DNA of 64,000 nt, taken from Candidatus Multivoradales bacterium (GTDB taxonomy: Bacteria; Acidobacteriota; Thermoanaerobaculia; Multivoradales; JAHEKO01). The stretch is taken from contig CBDFIJ010000004.1 of NCBI GenBank assembly GCA_965248055.1, forward strand, positions 2,976,001 to 3,040,000, read 5' to 3'. Shown piece by piece: positions 34,771-44,766 of this stretch. The stretch's first letter is position 1. Each line of letters starts with the position of its first letter. The notes beneath the pieces were generated by a model, which made no database searches, was not told the origin of the DNA, and was given only the letters and a program-made list of their open reading frames with translations. The position numbers and the translations under genes were made by a program.

Positions 34771-35736
34771 ATGACCACTCGCATCCGGAATCCAAAGCAA
34801 TGGCGACGCGAACTTGAGGCGATCGCTGCCGGGCTGGTGTTGTCCTGGGACGAGCCCTTGGCGCCACGTACCACCTTGCGCATCGGCGGCAACGCCGAGT
34901 GCTTTGCTGAAATTGGCACGGTGGCCGCTCTCCGCAGCCTGTTGCACACAGTTTCTTTGCACCAAGTTCCGTTTTTTCTACTCGGCCAAGGGTCCAACGT
35001 GTTGGTTCCGGATCAGGGACTACCAGGCGTGGTGGTTCGTCTAGGTGGCTATTTCCGCCGCACCAGGATCGTCGGGGACCGGGTGGCCTCTGGAGGCGCC
35101 GTGTCCCTGGCGCGTTTGGCTAGGCAGACCGCCAAGCGTGGTCTGCGGGGCTTGGAGGCTCTGTCGGGGTTTCCGTCGACGGTGGGCGGCGCGGTGTTTA
35201 TGAACGCTGGTTGTTACGGGTCCGAAATCAAAGATGTTCTGATCCGAGCCACGGTGGTTGATCGGCAAGGTGGGCGTCGTTTGATCACACCGTCGGATCT
35301 TGGAGCGGGCTACCGATCTACCATCCTGCGCGACACCGGCGAGATCGTGGTGCGCGCCAGCTTTCAGTTGAGCGCAGGCGATGCGCAGGCGGCCTTAGAG
35401 CGGATTCAGGAACTGAATCAGCGGCGTTGGGACAGTTTGCCTTCGGGAAACCCGAATGCGGGGTCGATTTTCCGCAATCCGACCGACGACTACGCCGGAC
35501 GGATGATCGAGGCGGCAGGGCTTAAGGGCGAGGCGCTGGGAGCTGCTCTGATCAGTGAGCGGCACGCCAACGTGATTGTCAATGACGGAGACGCGCGGGC
35601 GGTGGACGTATTGGCTTTGATGCAGAAGGCACGCGAGCGGGTGAGGGATCAATTTGGTGTCGACCTGGAGCCGGAATTGGTGCTTGCCGGTTCTTTGCGT
35701 CAGGCGTGGGATGAAGCAGAGTCCTCTGAGGACTGA
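34771..35736 (+). CDS. murB: UDP-N-acetylenolpyruvoylglucosamine reductase
   Basis: TTLRIGG, LGQGSNVLV, TVGGAVFMNAG, YRST, NAGSIFRNP, HANVIVN, LEPE. Confidence 0.96.
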   Translation: MTTRIRNPKQWRRELEAIAAGLVLSWDEPLAPRTTLRIGGNAECFAEIGTVAALRSLLHTVSLHQVPFFLLGQGSNVLVPDQGLPGVVVRLGGYFRRTRIVGDRVASGGAVSLARLARQTAKRGLRGLEALSGFPSTVGGAVFMNAGCYGSEIKDVLIRATVVDRQGGRRLITPSDLGAGYRSTILRDTGEIVVRASFQLSAGDAQAALERIQELNQRRWDSLPSGNPNAGSIFRNPTDDYAGRMIEAAGLKGEALGAALISERHANVIVNDGDARAVDVLALMQKARERVRDQFGVDLEPELVLAGSLRQAWDEAESSED

Positions 35737-35887
35737 CGAGCTGGTGTGATGGAAGGTCAGAAATCGAATAGACGCTGCGTGATAGCCTGATTCTTAGGCC
35801 GGATTTGGCGTTACGGTACGTGTTTGTCGCAAAAAAATAGGCCAGGCCAAGTCGAACCAGTCCCACTAATAACTTGAGGAGAGATAG

Positions 35888-36427
35888 ATGAGCAGACTCG
35901 GGCGTTACCCCATTATCGCGGTCGTATCGGCGGCATTGTTACTCTTGCTGTCGGCCACCGCCTGCAAGCAGTTAACTCCAGAGGAAGAAATTATCCAAGC
36001 GCGTTCCAAGTACGAAGCGACGCTGAACAGCTTCATCGTTATGCAGGTTCCTTTGCTGGTCGAGGCCGAGGACTTGACTGGAGCTGACGAAGGGGACCAA
36101 ACCACCGAGCCAGCGGCCACGGAAGAAGTTGAGGATGTGCCGCTACGCCAGGATATCTTGGTAGACCTGACGATTCGCCACGAGAGTGACCTCAAAATGG
36201 ACGGCATCACGGTTGATCTTTTTATGGCCGATGCCGATGAAAACGAAGTTGCCAATTGGAAAGTTTGGTTCGATACCTCAGAGGTGGCCGGAGACACCCC
36301 AGGGGTACAGTTTGCCCACACTCTGGAAGACGTTGACTACCAGCCGGGGTATGGATTTTCTGCGGATATGCGCTCTTCGGTATCGGCAGCAGACCAGGCG
36401 GATTATCAGGAGTTCGCTGGTCTTTGA
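35888..36427 (+). CDS. Acidic hypothetical lipoprotein
   Basis: GAGGAG SD, lipobox SATAC. Confidence 0.65.
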   Translation: MSRLGRYPIIAVVSAALLLLLSATACKQLTPEEEIIQARSKYEATLNSFIVMQVPLLVEAEDLTGADEGDQTTEPAATEEVEDVPLRQDILVDLTIRHESDLKMDGITVDLFMADADENEVANWKVWFDTSEVAGDTPGVQFAHTLEDVDYQPGYGFSADMRSSVSAADQADYQEFAGL

Positions 36428-36512
36428 TCGGGGCGTCGTAGATGACGTCAGTAACCGCGTTGGTTGTGTTTTGGAAAAACCAAGCTCGGCGAGAACCGTA
36501 GCTACGGTGGAC

Positions 36513-37475
36513 ATGATGGCTCAAGAGAAAGCGACCGCAGCGGTATTTTCGGATAAGCCTGAGTTACAAGTGCATCGCTTGGAGTTGGCGATATCTGGTG
36601 CTCTACAAGGCAAACCCGAAGCGGTGCGACTGGCAGTGGTGACCCTACTTGCTGGTGGTCATGTACTGGTTGAGGACGTTCCTGGCGTTGGCAAGACGAC
36701 ACTCGGCCAAGCGATCGCCAGGGCCTTGGACCTGAGTTTCCAACGCATTCAGTGCACCAGTGATCTATTGCCTGCGGATATTCTGGGGGTCTCGATCTAC
36801 CGCCAGGCTACCGAAGAATTCGAATTTGTCCCCGGCCCGATCTTCGCCGGCGTGGTCTTGGCGGACGAAATCAATCGTTCGAGTCCCAAGACCCAGTCGG
36901 CGTTACTGGAGGCAATGAGCGAGCGTCAGGTGACTGTTGAGCGTGAGCGTCATCGACTACCACGGCCGTTTTTCTTGATTGCCACCCAGAACCCGCATGA
37001 GTTCACCGGTACTTTTCCGTTGCCGGAGTCGCAGTTAGATCGCTTCATGATGACGATTGAGATTGGCTATCCTTCGTTGGAGAGCGAACGGGACTTGTTG
37101 TCGTTGAATGCGGAAGATCTGCTGGCCTCGGTTGAACCGGTGGTAGACGGCGAGGGGCTAGAGGAGTTGCAGCGGAGGGCACGGGCGATCGTGGTCGCGG
37201 AGAAGCTCAGCAACTACATTCTTCGCATTGTCGGCGCCACCCGAGGCGGCGGCGAATTCGCTCTTGGGGTATCAACTCGTGGCGCCCAAGACCTGTATCG
37301 CGCCGTCCAAGCGTGGGCGTTTTGCGAGGGTCGAAGTTTCGCGATCCCGGACGACGTCCAGACTCTGGCGCCGGCGGTGTTTGGCCACCGGGTTGCGGTA
37401 CGCGGCGAGGTCGGGGTGGCCGCCGGTAGGGCGGCGGTCGAGCGCGTTTTGCGTCGCCTTCCAGTGCCCATCTAG
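36513..37475 (+). CDS. MoxR family AAA+ ATPase
   Basis: EDVPGVGKT, RIQCTSDLLPADILG, LADEINRSSPKTQSALLEAM, ATQNP, LPESQLDRF; start moved to ATG 36513. Confidence 0.93.
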   Translation: MMAQEKATAAVFSDKPELQVHRLELAISGALQGKPEAVRLAVVTLLAGGHVLVEDVPGVGKTTLGQAIARALDLSFQRIQCTSDLLPADILGVSIYRQATEEFEFVPGPIFAGVVLADEINRSSPKTQSALLEAMSERQVTVERERHRLPRPFFLIATQNPHEFTGTFPLPESQLDRFMMTIEIGYPSLESERDLLSLNAEDLLASVEPVVDGEGLEELQRRARAIVVAEKLSNYILRIVGATRGGGEFALGVSTRGAQDLYRAVQAWAFCEGRSFAIPDDVQTLAPAVFGHRVAVRGEVGVAAGRAAVERVLRRLPVPI

Positions 37476-37549
37476 CGTCGTGGCGCTCTTGTAGCAGGGC
37501 TCCCGGTTCGTAGCGTGCCAACCTGGAAAATCTACGCCTCCCAACCGTC

Positions 37550-38752
37550 ATGGCAACCTTGAAAGGCATTTCAGGGCGACTGAGCAGCGGGTTGTCCTGG
37601 CCTAGTTCGGCTGCATCGCGTTCTACCCCTTCGGTGGGCCGCAACCCGGCGAGCCCACACGGCATTCGCATCACCAAGTTGGGCGCGGTCTTTGTCGGAC
37701 TGGTGGTTCTGGTTGCTCTGGCGGCGATCAATACTGGCAACAACGCTCTGTTTCTATTGTTTGGCCAGATGCTGACTCTACTTGCGGTCTCCGGATGGTT
37801 GTCGCGAACCAATCTGACTAAGGTCTCGACTCACTTAGAGGTGCCTCAGGAGATCTACGCTAAGGGTCCAATGTGGGGCGCGATTGAAGTGGAAAATTTC
37901 GGCCGCCGATGGTCGCGTCGATGGCTGCGGTTCAAGGTTGATGACGCCAGTGATGTCGCCTACTGCGATCAACTAGAACCGGGCGCCAGACGAAAGTTGG
38001 ACTTGCGCATGATTTTTCGCCATCGCGGCCACCACGACGTGGATTCGGTACTGGTGTCTAGCTTGTTTCCGTTTGGCTTCTTCCGAAAAGGGATGCGCCT
38101 GCAGTTGCAGCAGCCGATCTTGATCTATCCGGAGCTGTTTCCCGAGGGCGGGAGCATTCATCCAGAGAGTGGGCGCTTTGGCGACCTCAGCCAGTCCCGG
38201 CTGGGGCATGGTCCCGAGTTGCACTCCTTGAGGCCCTATCGGCCGGGTGACGATCCGCGGCGTATTCATTGGAAGAAATCTGCGCACTCCGGCGAGGTCG
38301 TGGTGTGGGAGCGCGAAGCGGAAGGAGGCCGAAGATTTACCGTGTTGTTTGACAACGGGTTCGGGGATTTGGTTCGTGCCGCCGATCGGGCGCGATTCGA
38401 GTCTTTGGTCAGTGAGGCGGCAACTGCTGTTCACAATTACCTGAAGGGTGGATTCGAGGTCGAGTTGATCACCCGCGATCAGAGATTCGCGGCTTCCGAA
38501 GGCCAGCGTCACTATGAAATGTTGTTAACCCACCTAGCTTTGGTTCAGCCGGTGGGGCTGGCTGAAGGCGCGGCTCCGCTGACGGCTCCGCTGGGAGGGT
38601 GTTTGGCCGACTCTCAGATTCTGCGGTTGGCGATGGCTCCGGCCTCGAGAAGAGGACCCGGGGCTGAGGCGCAAGCTGCCGCGCCTGAATTTGGACCGGC
38701 CAATGACACTGCTTCAAACGCAGTGGTGGATCCGCAGCAAGGCTTATCGTGA
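37550..38752 (+). CDS. DUF58 domain protein
   Basis: AAINTGNN, FPFGFF, LRPYRPGDDPRRIHWKKSA; downstream of MoxR. Confidence 0.9.
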   Translation: MATLKGISGRLSSGLSWPSSAASRSTPSVGRNPASPHGIRITKLGAVFVGLVVLVALAAINTGNNALFLLFGQMLTLLAVSGWLSRTNLTKVSTHLEVPQEIYAKGPMWGAIEVENFGRRWSRRWLRFKVDDASDVAYCDQLEPGARRKLDLRMIFRHRGHHDVDSVLVSSLFPFGFFRKGMRLQLQQPILIYPELFPEGGSIHPESGRFGDLSQSRLGHGPELHSLRPYRPGDDPRRIHWKKSAHSGEVVVWEREAEGGRRFTVLFDNGFGDLVRAADRARFESLVSEAATAVHNYLKGGFEVELITRDQRFAASEGQRHYEMLLTHLALVQPVGLAEGAAPLTAPLGGCLADSQILRLAMAPASRRGPGAEAQAAAPEFGPANDTASNAVVDPQQGLS

Positions 38753-40818
38753 GTTGGCGAGAAAGAAAACGTTGGGTGGGGTTGCTGGCGTTTCTCGCGC
38801 CGCTGCCGCTGCCTTTCAACGAAATGGCATCCTGGTTTGCCACCGTGGCTTTTCTCTGTGTAGTCGCGGGGTTCTTGGTAGGCCTGCAGCGCGGAGCGAC
38901 CCTGTTGCTGGCCCCTTGGGTCTTGAACCTAGCCGGTGCTTTGTATTTTCCAGCTCTGTTTCTGGATCTGGCTTCGGCGCAGAGCGGTCAGATACTGCGT
39001 CCCCTGGTTCACGTCGCAATGTTCGCCACCGCGGCGAAATTGTTCGCTCTTAGAACCGAGCGCGACAAGTGGCACGCGATCCTAGGAGCGTTCTTTCTGT
39101 TCGTTGCGGGCATGGGGTCGAGCGTGCATCCGGCTTTGATCGTCCATCTGTTGGTGTTCTCTTCGGTGACGGTAGCCGGTCTGGTGCATTTTGCCGAGGC
39201 GCATAGCCAGCGCTCCTTTCCGCAGGCCCAACCGATTGCCGGCAAGGCAAGGCTGACCTCGGCGGTGATTGCTTCAACCATCGTCGGCGGTGCGGTGATG
39301 TTCCCGTTTCTGCCACGCATCAATCAGCCGTATGTCGCCGGTGGTGGCGCCATGGACTTGGGCGGAGCGGGGGGAGTTTCTGCCTTTGTTGATGATCTGA
39401 CGCTCGATTCTATTGGTCGAATTCGCACCGATCGAGGGGTCGCTTTGCGGCTGGTGTTTGACGGCCCTGTACCCGATGAGATCCGGCTCAAAGGATCCAG
39501 CTACGACGTCTATCGAGACAATCGCTGGATCCGCACCCAAGGTCGCAAGTTTGTTCGCTCCCAGAGTGGACAAGTGGTGCTTTCCGACCAAGTCCCTTTG
39601 GGTGAGGTCGAGGTGCTAAGTCGGATGACCGGCACGCGGATGATGCCGACCTTGGCGGAAGTGGTGACAGTGGAGGTCGAAGCGCCGGGATTGGGGGTGG
39701 CTCCTGGCGGCGACCTGAGGCCCTCGCGTTGGCGAGGATCTCCCTTGCGCTACCGGATGGCCTATGGCCGTGAGCCGGCCCGCTTGGCGACCGATCCACC
39801 CAACCCGGAGACCCTAGATGAGAGCGGAATCACCCCGAGGATCGCCGAATACGCCCAACCGTTCTTTGCCGGTTCGAGGTCAACGATCAAGCAGATTTTG
39901 GCGCTCGAGGAGCACTTTCAACAACAGTTTTCTTACACCTTAGACCTGGATTTGGATCCTGCTCATCCGGTAGAAGATTTTCTCTTCAACCAGCGTGCCG
40001 GGCACTGCGAGTACTTCGCGTCTAGCATGGTGTTGTTACTCAGGTCGCAGGGGATTCCAGCGCGCGTGGTGAGTGGATTCTTGGGCGCCGATGGCAACCC
40101 GCTGGAGTCGTTTTTCGTAGTGCGAAACTCCAATGCCCATGCTTGGGTGGAAGCCTATGTCGAGGGAAATGGTTGGATCACGGTTGACCCAACTCCTGCG
40201 ATTGGTCGGCCTCAAATCGGGCGCTCTGGGTCGAGTTGGATGGGTCAAATTGGTGATGTCTATGACTGGCTGATCTACCGCTGGGATCGTTACGTGCTGA
40301 CCTTTGGTTCCCAGGATCAAAGCGGTATTTTCGCTTCGATCGGCGCTTGGTTCAAGGAACTTTGGGCGAGCTGGCGAGAGGACGCCGAGGAGCAGTCCAC
40401 CGAGCTTGTTCTCGCTGCCAACGCAGACGAGATCTCCGTCACCGACGTGTCACACGATCCGCTCGAGGAATCTCTGCCAAGCGTCTGGTTGGTGGTGGCC
40501 GCGGTGTTGTTGGCGATCGCCTTGGGGCTGTTTCTTTGGTGGCGCCACGAGCGACAGAGTTTCAATGCCACAGATCTTTATCTGCGGCTTCGCGCGGCGG
40601 CACCTGCCGCGGGGCTGGAGGTGAACCCAACCAGCGCTCCCGTACAGTTGGTCGACGCGTGGATCAATCTGACTCCCGACGCTCAACGCGAGTTACGGGC
40701 GATCTTTGGCGCCTACCTAGAAGAGAGTTTTGGTGGCCGCGAGCTGGAGCGACCGGAGTTGTTGGAACTCGAACAAGATTTCCAGGTTGTCGTTCGCAGT
40801 TACCCTCGGGTTGCCTAG
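38749..40818 (+). CDS. Membrane transglutaminase-like protein (TgpA/DUF3488 type)
   Basis: N-terminal TMs; GHCEYFASSMVLLLRSQGIPARVVSGF, HAWVEAY, DPTP triad. Confidence 0.9.
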   Translation: MSWRERKRWVGLLAFLAPLPLPFNEMASWFATVAFLCVVAGFLVGLQRGATLLLAPWVLNLAGALYFPALFLDLASAQSGQILRPLVHVAMFATAAKLFALRTERDKWHAILGAFFLFVAGMGSSVHPALIVHLLVFSSVTVAGLVHFAEAHSQRSFPQAQPIAGKARLTSAVIASTIVGGAVMFPFLPRINQPYVAGGGAMDLGGAGGVSAFVDDLTLDSIGRIRTDRGVALRLVFDGPVPDEIRLKGSSYDVYRDNRWIRTQGRKFVRSQSGQVVLSDQVPLGEVEVLSRMTGTRMMPTLAEVVTVEVEAPGLGVAPGGDLRPSRWRGSPLRYRMAYGREPARLATDPPNPETLDESGITPRIAEYAQPFFAGSRSTIKQILALEEHFQQQFSYTLDLDLDPAHPVEDFLFNQRAGHCEYFASSMVLLLRSQGIPARVVSGFLGADGNPLESFFVVRNSNAHAWVEAYVEGNGWITVDPTPAIGRPQIGRSGSSWMGQIGDVYDWLIYRWDRYVLTFGSQDQSGIFASIGAWFKELWASWREDAEEQSTELVLAANADEISVTDVSHDPLEESLPSVWLVVAAVLLAIALGLFLWWRHERQSFNATDLYLRLRAAAPAAGLEVNPTSAPVQLVDAWINLTPDAQRELRAIFGAYLEESFGGRELERPELLELEQDFQVVVRSYPRVA

Positions 40819-40958
40819 CTTCACCCGCCGTTACCAACCAGGGAAAGACTCCATTGGCGGTGGTGGATAGAGGGGTGGTGTGCTCTTCGCGCGCGGTCAG
40901 ATAGCCATTGCGATGGCCGAGTGTTGCCGTGAGCGAATGCCGTCTTGTGAGGTTCGCC

Positions 40959-42407
40959 CTAGTAAGCGTTGGTGCGCATTTCGCGCAAGGTCATCCAGAG
41001 GATTTTCAGATCCAGCTTGAGCGACCAATTTTCGATGTAGTAAATGTCGTACTGGATGCGCTTGTTGATCGAGGTGTTGCCCCGCCAGCCGTGTACTTGC
41101 GCCCAGCCGGTAAGTCCGGCCTTGACTCGATGGCGCAGCATGTACTGAGGGATACGATGCTTGAACTGCTCGACGAAATCCGGGCGTTCGGGGCGCGGGC
41201 CGATCAGAGACATTTCCCCACGAAAGATGTTCCACAGCTGGGGCAGTTCGTCGATTGACCAGCGACGCATCCAGGCGCCGACCCGGGTGCGACGAGGGTC
41301 ATCTTCAACCGCCCAAACTGGACCGGTGGTCAGCTCTGCGTTGCTTCTCATCGAGCGAAATTTGTGGATGGTGAATTTTTTGCCATCCAGGCCCATCCGT
41401 TCCTGGTGATAAAAAATCGGTCCACGATCTTCTAACCAGATCGCCAGTGCCAGCGCGGGCAGGATCAAGGTCACGGTTCCGGCGAGTAACGCGGTACCGG
41501 CGACCGATATGTCCATCGCTCGTTTGCCCAGGCTCTTCCAGCCTTGCAAGGGCACTTGCGACAGATTGATGACTGGCGTGCCGTCCAAGTCTTCCAAGGT
41601 GGCTTTGAGAGTTGCGTACTGCAAAATGTCGGGGACCAAGCGGACTTCGACGCACTCGCGGCCTAAGATGTCGACAATATTCACCACTTTCCGATGAGCG
41701 TCGAGCGGCAGAGCGATAAAAGCTAGGTCGATTTCATGGTCTTGCAGAATGGCCTGCAGTTGGTCGAGTCGACCGAGCACTTGAGCGTCGTGGTATTCGT
41801 TCCCTTGCTTGGCCGAATCGTCATCTAGGTAACCGGCGAGGTGGAAACCAAGATCCGCGTGCCCCGCGATCTTGCTGGCGATATCTTGTCCCAGGGCACC
41901 AGCGCCAAGGACCAAAATATTGCGTCGGTAGGCACCGGAAAGTCGGGCCCGCCGTAGATAGCCGCGAATTAACATCCGCCCAGTGGAGACCGTGACCACG
42001 TTGCAGGCTGCAAACATCACCAAAAACAGGCGGCTGTAGGTGAAGATCTCGCGTGATCCGTCGGGGCGCAGAGCCCCTTCGGGGCGATACCAGGCGGTAA
42101 ATACCGAGAGCAGCAGAATCGCTAGCAGCACGGATAGAGCTACGGTCAGTACTTCTTCGATGCGGCTACGCCCACGTCGCACCAAGTAGAGGCCGTGGAA
42201 ATAAAAAGCGATCGGCCACACCACGACGATGAAGGGCAACAGAACTACGTAACGCCGAACGAAGTCGGGGACTTCCTCGACCGCAAACTCGGGGCCGATC
42301 CCAAGCTCGAATCGCAGTAGCCAGGCAATGCCAAAGGCCGCCAGCGTAAACACCAAATCGCTGACTAAATAACTGAACGCTGTGGTTCTAAGTTTTTGCT
42401 GGATCAA
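40959..42407 (-). CDS. Undecaprenyl-phosphate glucose phosphotransferase (WcaJ-type priming transferase)
   Basis: KRAMDI, KFRSM, DDPRRTRVG, SIDELPQLWN, GEMSLIGPRPERP, GLTGWAQV. Confidence 0.93.
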   Translation of the reverse strand: MIQQKLRTTAFSYLVSDLVFTLAAFGIAWLLRFELGIGPEFAVEEVPDFVRRYVVLLPFIVVVWPIAFYFHGLYLVRRGRSRIEEVLTVALSVLLAILLLSVFTAWYRPEGALRPDGSREIFTYSRLFLVMFAACNVVTVSTGRMLIRGYLRRARLSGAYRRNILVLGAGALGQDIASKIAGHADLGFHLAGYLDDDSAKQGNEYHDAQVLGRLDQLQAILQDHEIDLAFIALPLDAHRKVVNIVDILGRECVEVRLVPDILQYATLKATLEDLDGTPVINLSQVPLQGWKSLGKRAMDISVAGTALLAGTVTLILPALALAIWLEDRGPIFYHQERMGLDGKKFTIHKFRSMRSNAELTTGPVWAVEDDPRRTRVGAWMRRWSIDELPQLWNIFRGEMSLIGPRPERPDFVEQFKHRIPQYMLRHRVKAGLTGWAQVHGWRGNTSINKRIQYDIYYIENWSLKLDLKILWMTLREMRTNAY

Positions 42408-43554
42408 GACGGTTGCATTCCCTTAATCGGCTACTAGTTGGACGACGCCGCAGAATATCTTCGATCCTCGCACGAAAGCGAGCCGGAGAAAACTGCTCGA
42501 CTCGCGCCATGCGATCCAAATAATTGGATCGCATTTGCAGCGCGCTGTCAATTGCCGCGACCCAAGCACTCAAGTCTTGGCTATCAACCAAGACCCCATC
42601 GACATCCGGTCGAACGATGTCGCACACGCCGCCTTCGCCAAAGGCAACCACCGGAGTGCCCGCTGCCAGGGCTTCCACACTGCTGATGCCGAAGTCCTCA
42701 ATGCCTGGTTGGAGGAAAGCTGATGCATGGCGCAGCAGCTCGACCAGTCTGTTTCTTGGTACGCGCCCCTCGAAGTGCACCGGGGCGGAAGACTGTGCTG
42801 CCTGTTGTTCGAGCCGTTGTCGTTCGGGACCATCGCCGATGATGCGCAGCGGTCGACCCGCGGCCTCAGCGATGTCAATGGCCAGGTCGAGTCGTTTGTA
42901 GGGAACCAGAGCCGCGACCGCCACCAAGTAGCCGCGGTCCAGCGCCTGCTCCAGCGAGCGGAGGTCTTGGCTGTGGACCGGGGGATGCACAACTTCCGAG
43001 TCAACCCCGTAGGCGTGGGCGATGCGTTTGGCGACAAAACATGAATTGGCAAGGTACATATCGACCCGTCCCGCAGTGGCGACGTCCCACGCTTGCAATC
43101 GGTCGAGGATCGCCTCGCGAGCACGGCCACGAAAACCACTCGAATTTGGGAAATAGACGCGGCGTTGATCCCACACGTAGCGCATCGGGGAGTTGCAGTA
43201 GCAAAGATGGTAGGTGTCTGCGGGGGTGCGGACGCCGCTGGCAACACTGTGACTTACCGAGATCACCAGGTCGTAGTCGCTGGTATCAAAACGACCGACA
43301 GCCCACGGGAACAAGGGCAGGTAATAGCGGTAGTGTTTCTCTAGTCCGGGCAGGCGTTGAATGGCAGAGCGAAAAATCGGACGTGATTCGATGGTCTCGC
43401 TGACCGAACCTGGGAAGTGGAACAGGGTGGCAATCGGCGCCTCGGGATAGACCTCAAGCAGTTGTTCTAGGACTTGCTCGCCGCCGCGCATCCCGGTCAA
43501 CCAGTCGTGGACCAAGAGTGTTCGCGCAGGGGTTCGGGGGGCGGAACCTGACAT
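42388..43554 (-). CDS. Glycosyltransferase family 4
   Basis: HDWLTGMRGGE, YKRLDLAI, EDFGISSVEALAAGTPV. Confidence 0.92.
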   Translation of the reverse strand: MSGSAPRTPARTLLVHDWLTGMRGGEQVLEQLLEVYPEAPIATLFHFPGSVSETIESRPIFRSAIQRLPGLEKHYRYYLPLFPWAVGRFDTSDYDLVISVSHSVASGVRTPADTYHLCYCNSPMRYVWDQRRVYFPNSSGFRGRAREAILDRLQAWDVATAGRVDMYLANSCFVAKRIAHAYGVDSEVVHPPVHSQDLRSLEQALDRGYLVAVAALVPYKRLDLAIDIAEAAGRPLRIIGDGPERQRLEQQAAQSSAPVHFEGRVPRNRLVELLRHASAFLQPGIEDFGISSVEALAAGTPVVAFGEGGVCDIVRPDVDGVLVDSQDLSAWVAAIDSALQMRSNYLDRMARVEQFSPARFRARIEDILRRRPTSSRLRECNRLDPAKT

Positions 43555-43591
43555 GGTATTGAGTCTCGAAGGTGAGGGATTGAGGGAGTTG

Positions 43592-44728
43592 TTATGTCCC
43601 TGGAAAATAACCGTCTTCCAAGGTGGCTCGGTAGACCTCGAGTACCCGGTCTGCGGTTTGGTCCCAAGAGTATGACTGTGCTCTCTGTTTGCCCGCTTGC
43701 CGCAATCGTTCGCGTAAATCTTGATCGGTCAAGCAGCGGGTGATTTCTCTAGTCATCTGTTGCACGTTGAGAGGGTCGACCAAGCGCGCAGCCCCTTGAC
43801 CGATTTCCTTGAGCGCCGAAGTATTGGATGTGATTACTGGGATGCCGGAGGCCATGGCCTCGACCACTGGCAAGCCAAACCCTTCGTACAAGGTGGGGTA
43901 GAGAAATACTTCGGCGCCTTGGTAGAGAGCTGGCAGATCGTCATCCTCCACATAGCCAATGGTCTTGAAGCGGTCCTCAATACCCAGGCGCACGGCGGTG
44001 TGGCGGTTGTGTTCGTGCTGCTCGGAGTGGCCGCCTGCACAAACTAAATCGATATCGAGCTGCCCTTTTCCAACCGCTTCGGCAAACGCGGTCAGAATGT
44101 TAGGAAGGTTCTTGTGCGGTTTGGGGTTGCCGACAAACAGGGCGTAGGGTCGATCCAAGGAAAAACGCTGCTTCACCCGCGCGATCTCGGAAGGCTCTAC
44201 CGATTGATGGAAACGCTGCTCAATACCCGGATACACGACCTCGATTTTGGTCAGGTCGGTGTCGAAATGGGTGACCAGATCGGTGCGGGTCGAGACCGAG
44301 TCCGTGAGCACTCGATCGCTGCGATCCAGTGCGCGCGCAATCATCCGCTGGGCATAGAAAAAGGCGAAGCGGTTGGGCAGAAACTCCGGATACAGCAGAT
44401 GGATGATGTCGTGGATCGTGACCACCGACTTGCGCGGCACCCAGATAGGAAGGACGTAGTGGGTTGCGTGGTAGAGGTCGATGCGATGCCGCAGCAACTG
44501 CCAAGTGAGGGCGAACAGTTCGCGCGCCGAATAACCCGGGGAGCGCTCGATGACTGGATGGAAGTTATCCGGCAAATCGAAAAGCGCCGCCGCCCCCTCT
44601 TCGCCAACAAATAGAAAGTACTCATTCTCGCGATCTCTAGCAGCGAGCCCTCGGATCAAATGCTGAATATAGGTACCGATCCCGTAGTCGGTGAGTTTGC
44701 GAGCGTCTATGCCGATGCGATATGCCAC
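43592..44728 (-). CDS. Glycosyltransferase family 4 (mannosyltransferase-like)
   Basis: GIGTY, VTIHD, PHKNL, YEGFGLPVVEAMASG. Confidence 0.92.
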   Translation of the reverse strand: MAYRIGIDARKLTDYGIGTYIQHLIRGLAARDRENEYFLFVGEEGAAALFDLPDNFHPVIERSPGYSARELFALTWQLLRHRIDLYHATHYVLPIWVPRKSVVTIHDIIHLLYPEFLPNRFAFFYAQRMIARALDRSDRVLTDSVSTRTDLVTHFDTDLTKIEVVYPGIEQRFHQSVEPSEIARVKQRFSLDRPYALFVGNPKPHKNLPNILTAFAEAVGKGQLDIDLVCAGGHSEQHEHNRHTAVRLGIEDRFKTIGYVEDDDLPALYQGAEVFLYPTLYEGFGLPVVEAMASGIPVITSNTSALKEIGQGAARLVDPLNVQQMTREITRCLTDQDLRERLRQAGKQRAQSYSWDQTADRVLEVYRATLEDGYFPGT

Positions 44729-44766
44729 TTAGGTCTCCGACTTAGCTGTGCCAAGTCGAGCTGATT

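Noticed and set aside
36186-36512. N-terminal extension of MoxR given by the ORF track
   Set aside because: It overlaps the upstream lipoprotein gene in another frame; MoxR homology begins after ATG 36513.
36513-40818. MoxR-DUF58-transglutaminase as a novel system
   Set aside because: Well-known, widespread three-gene arrangement.
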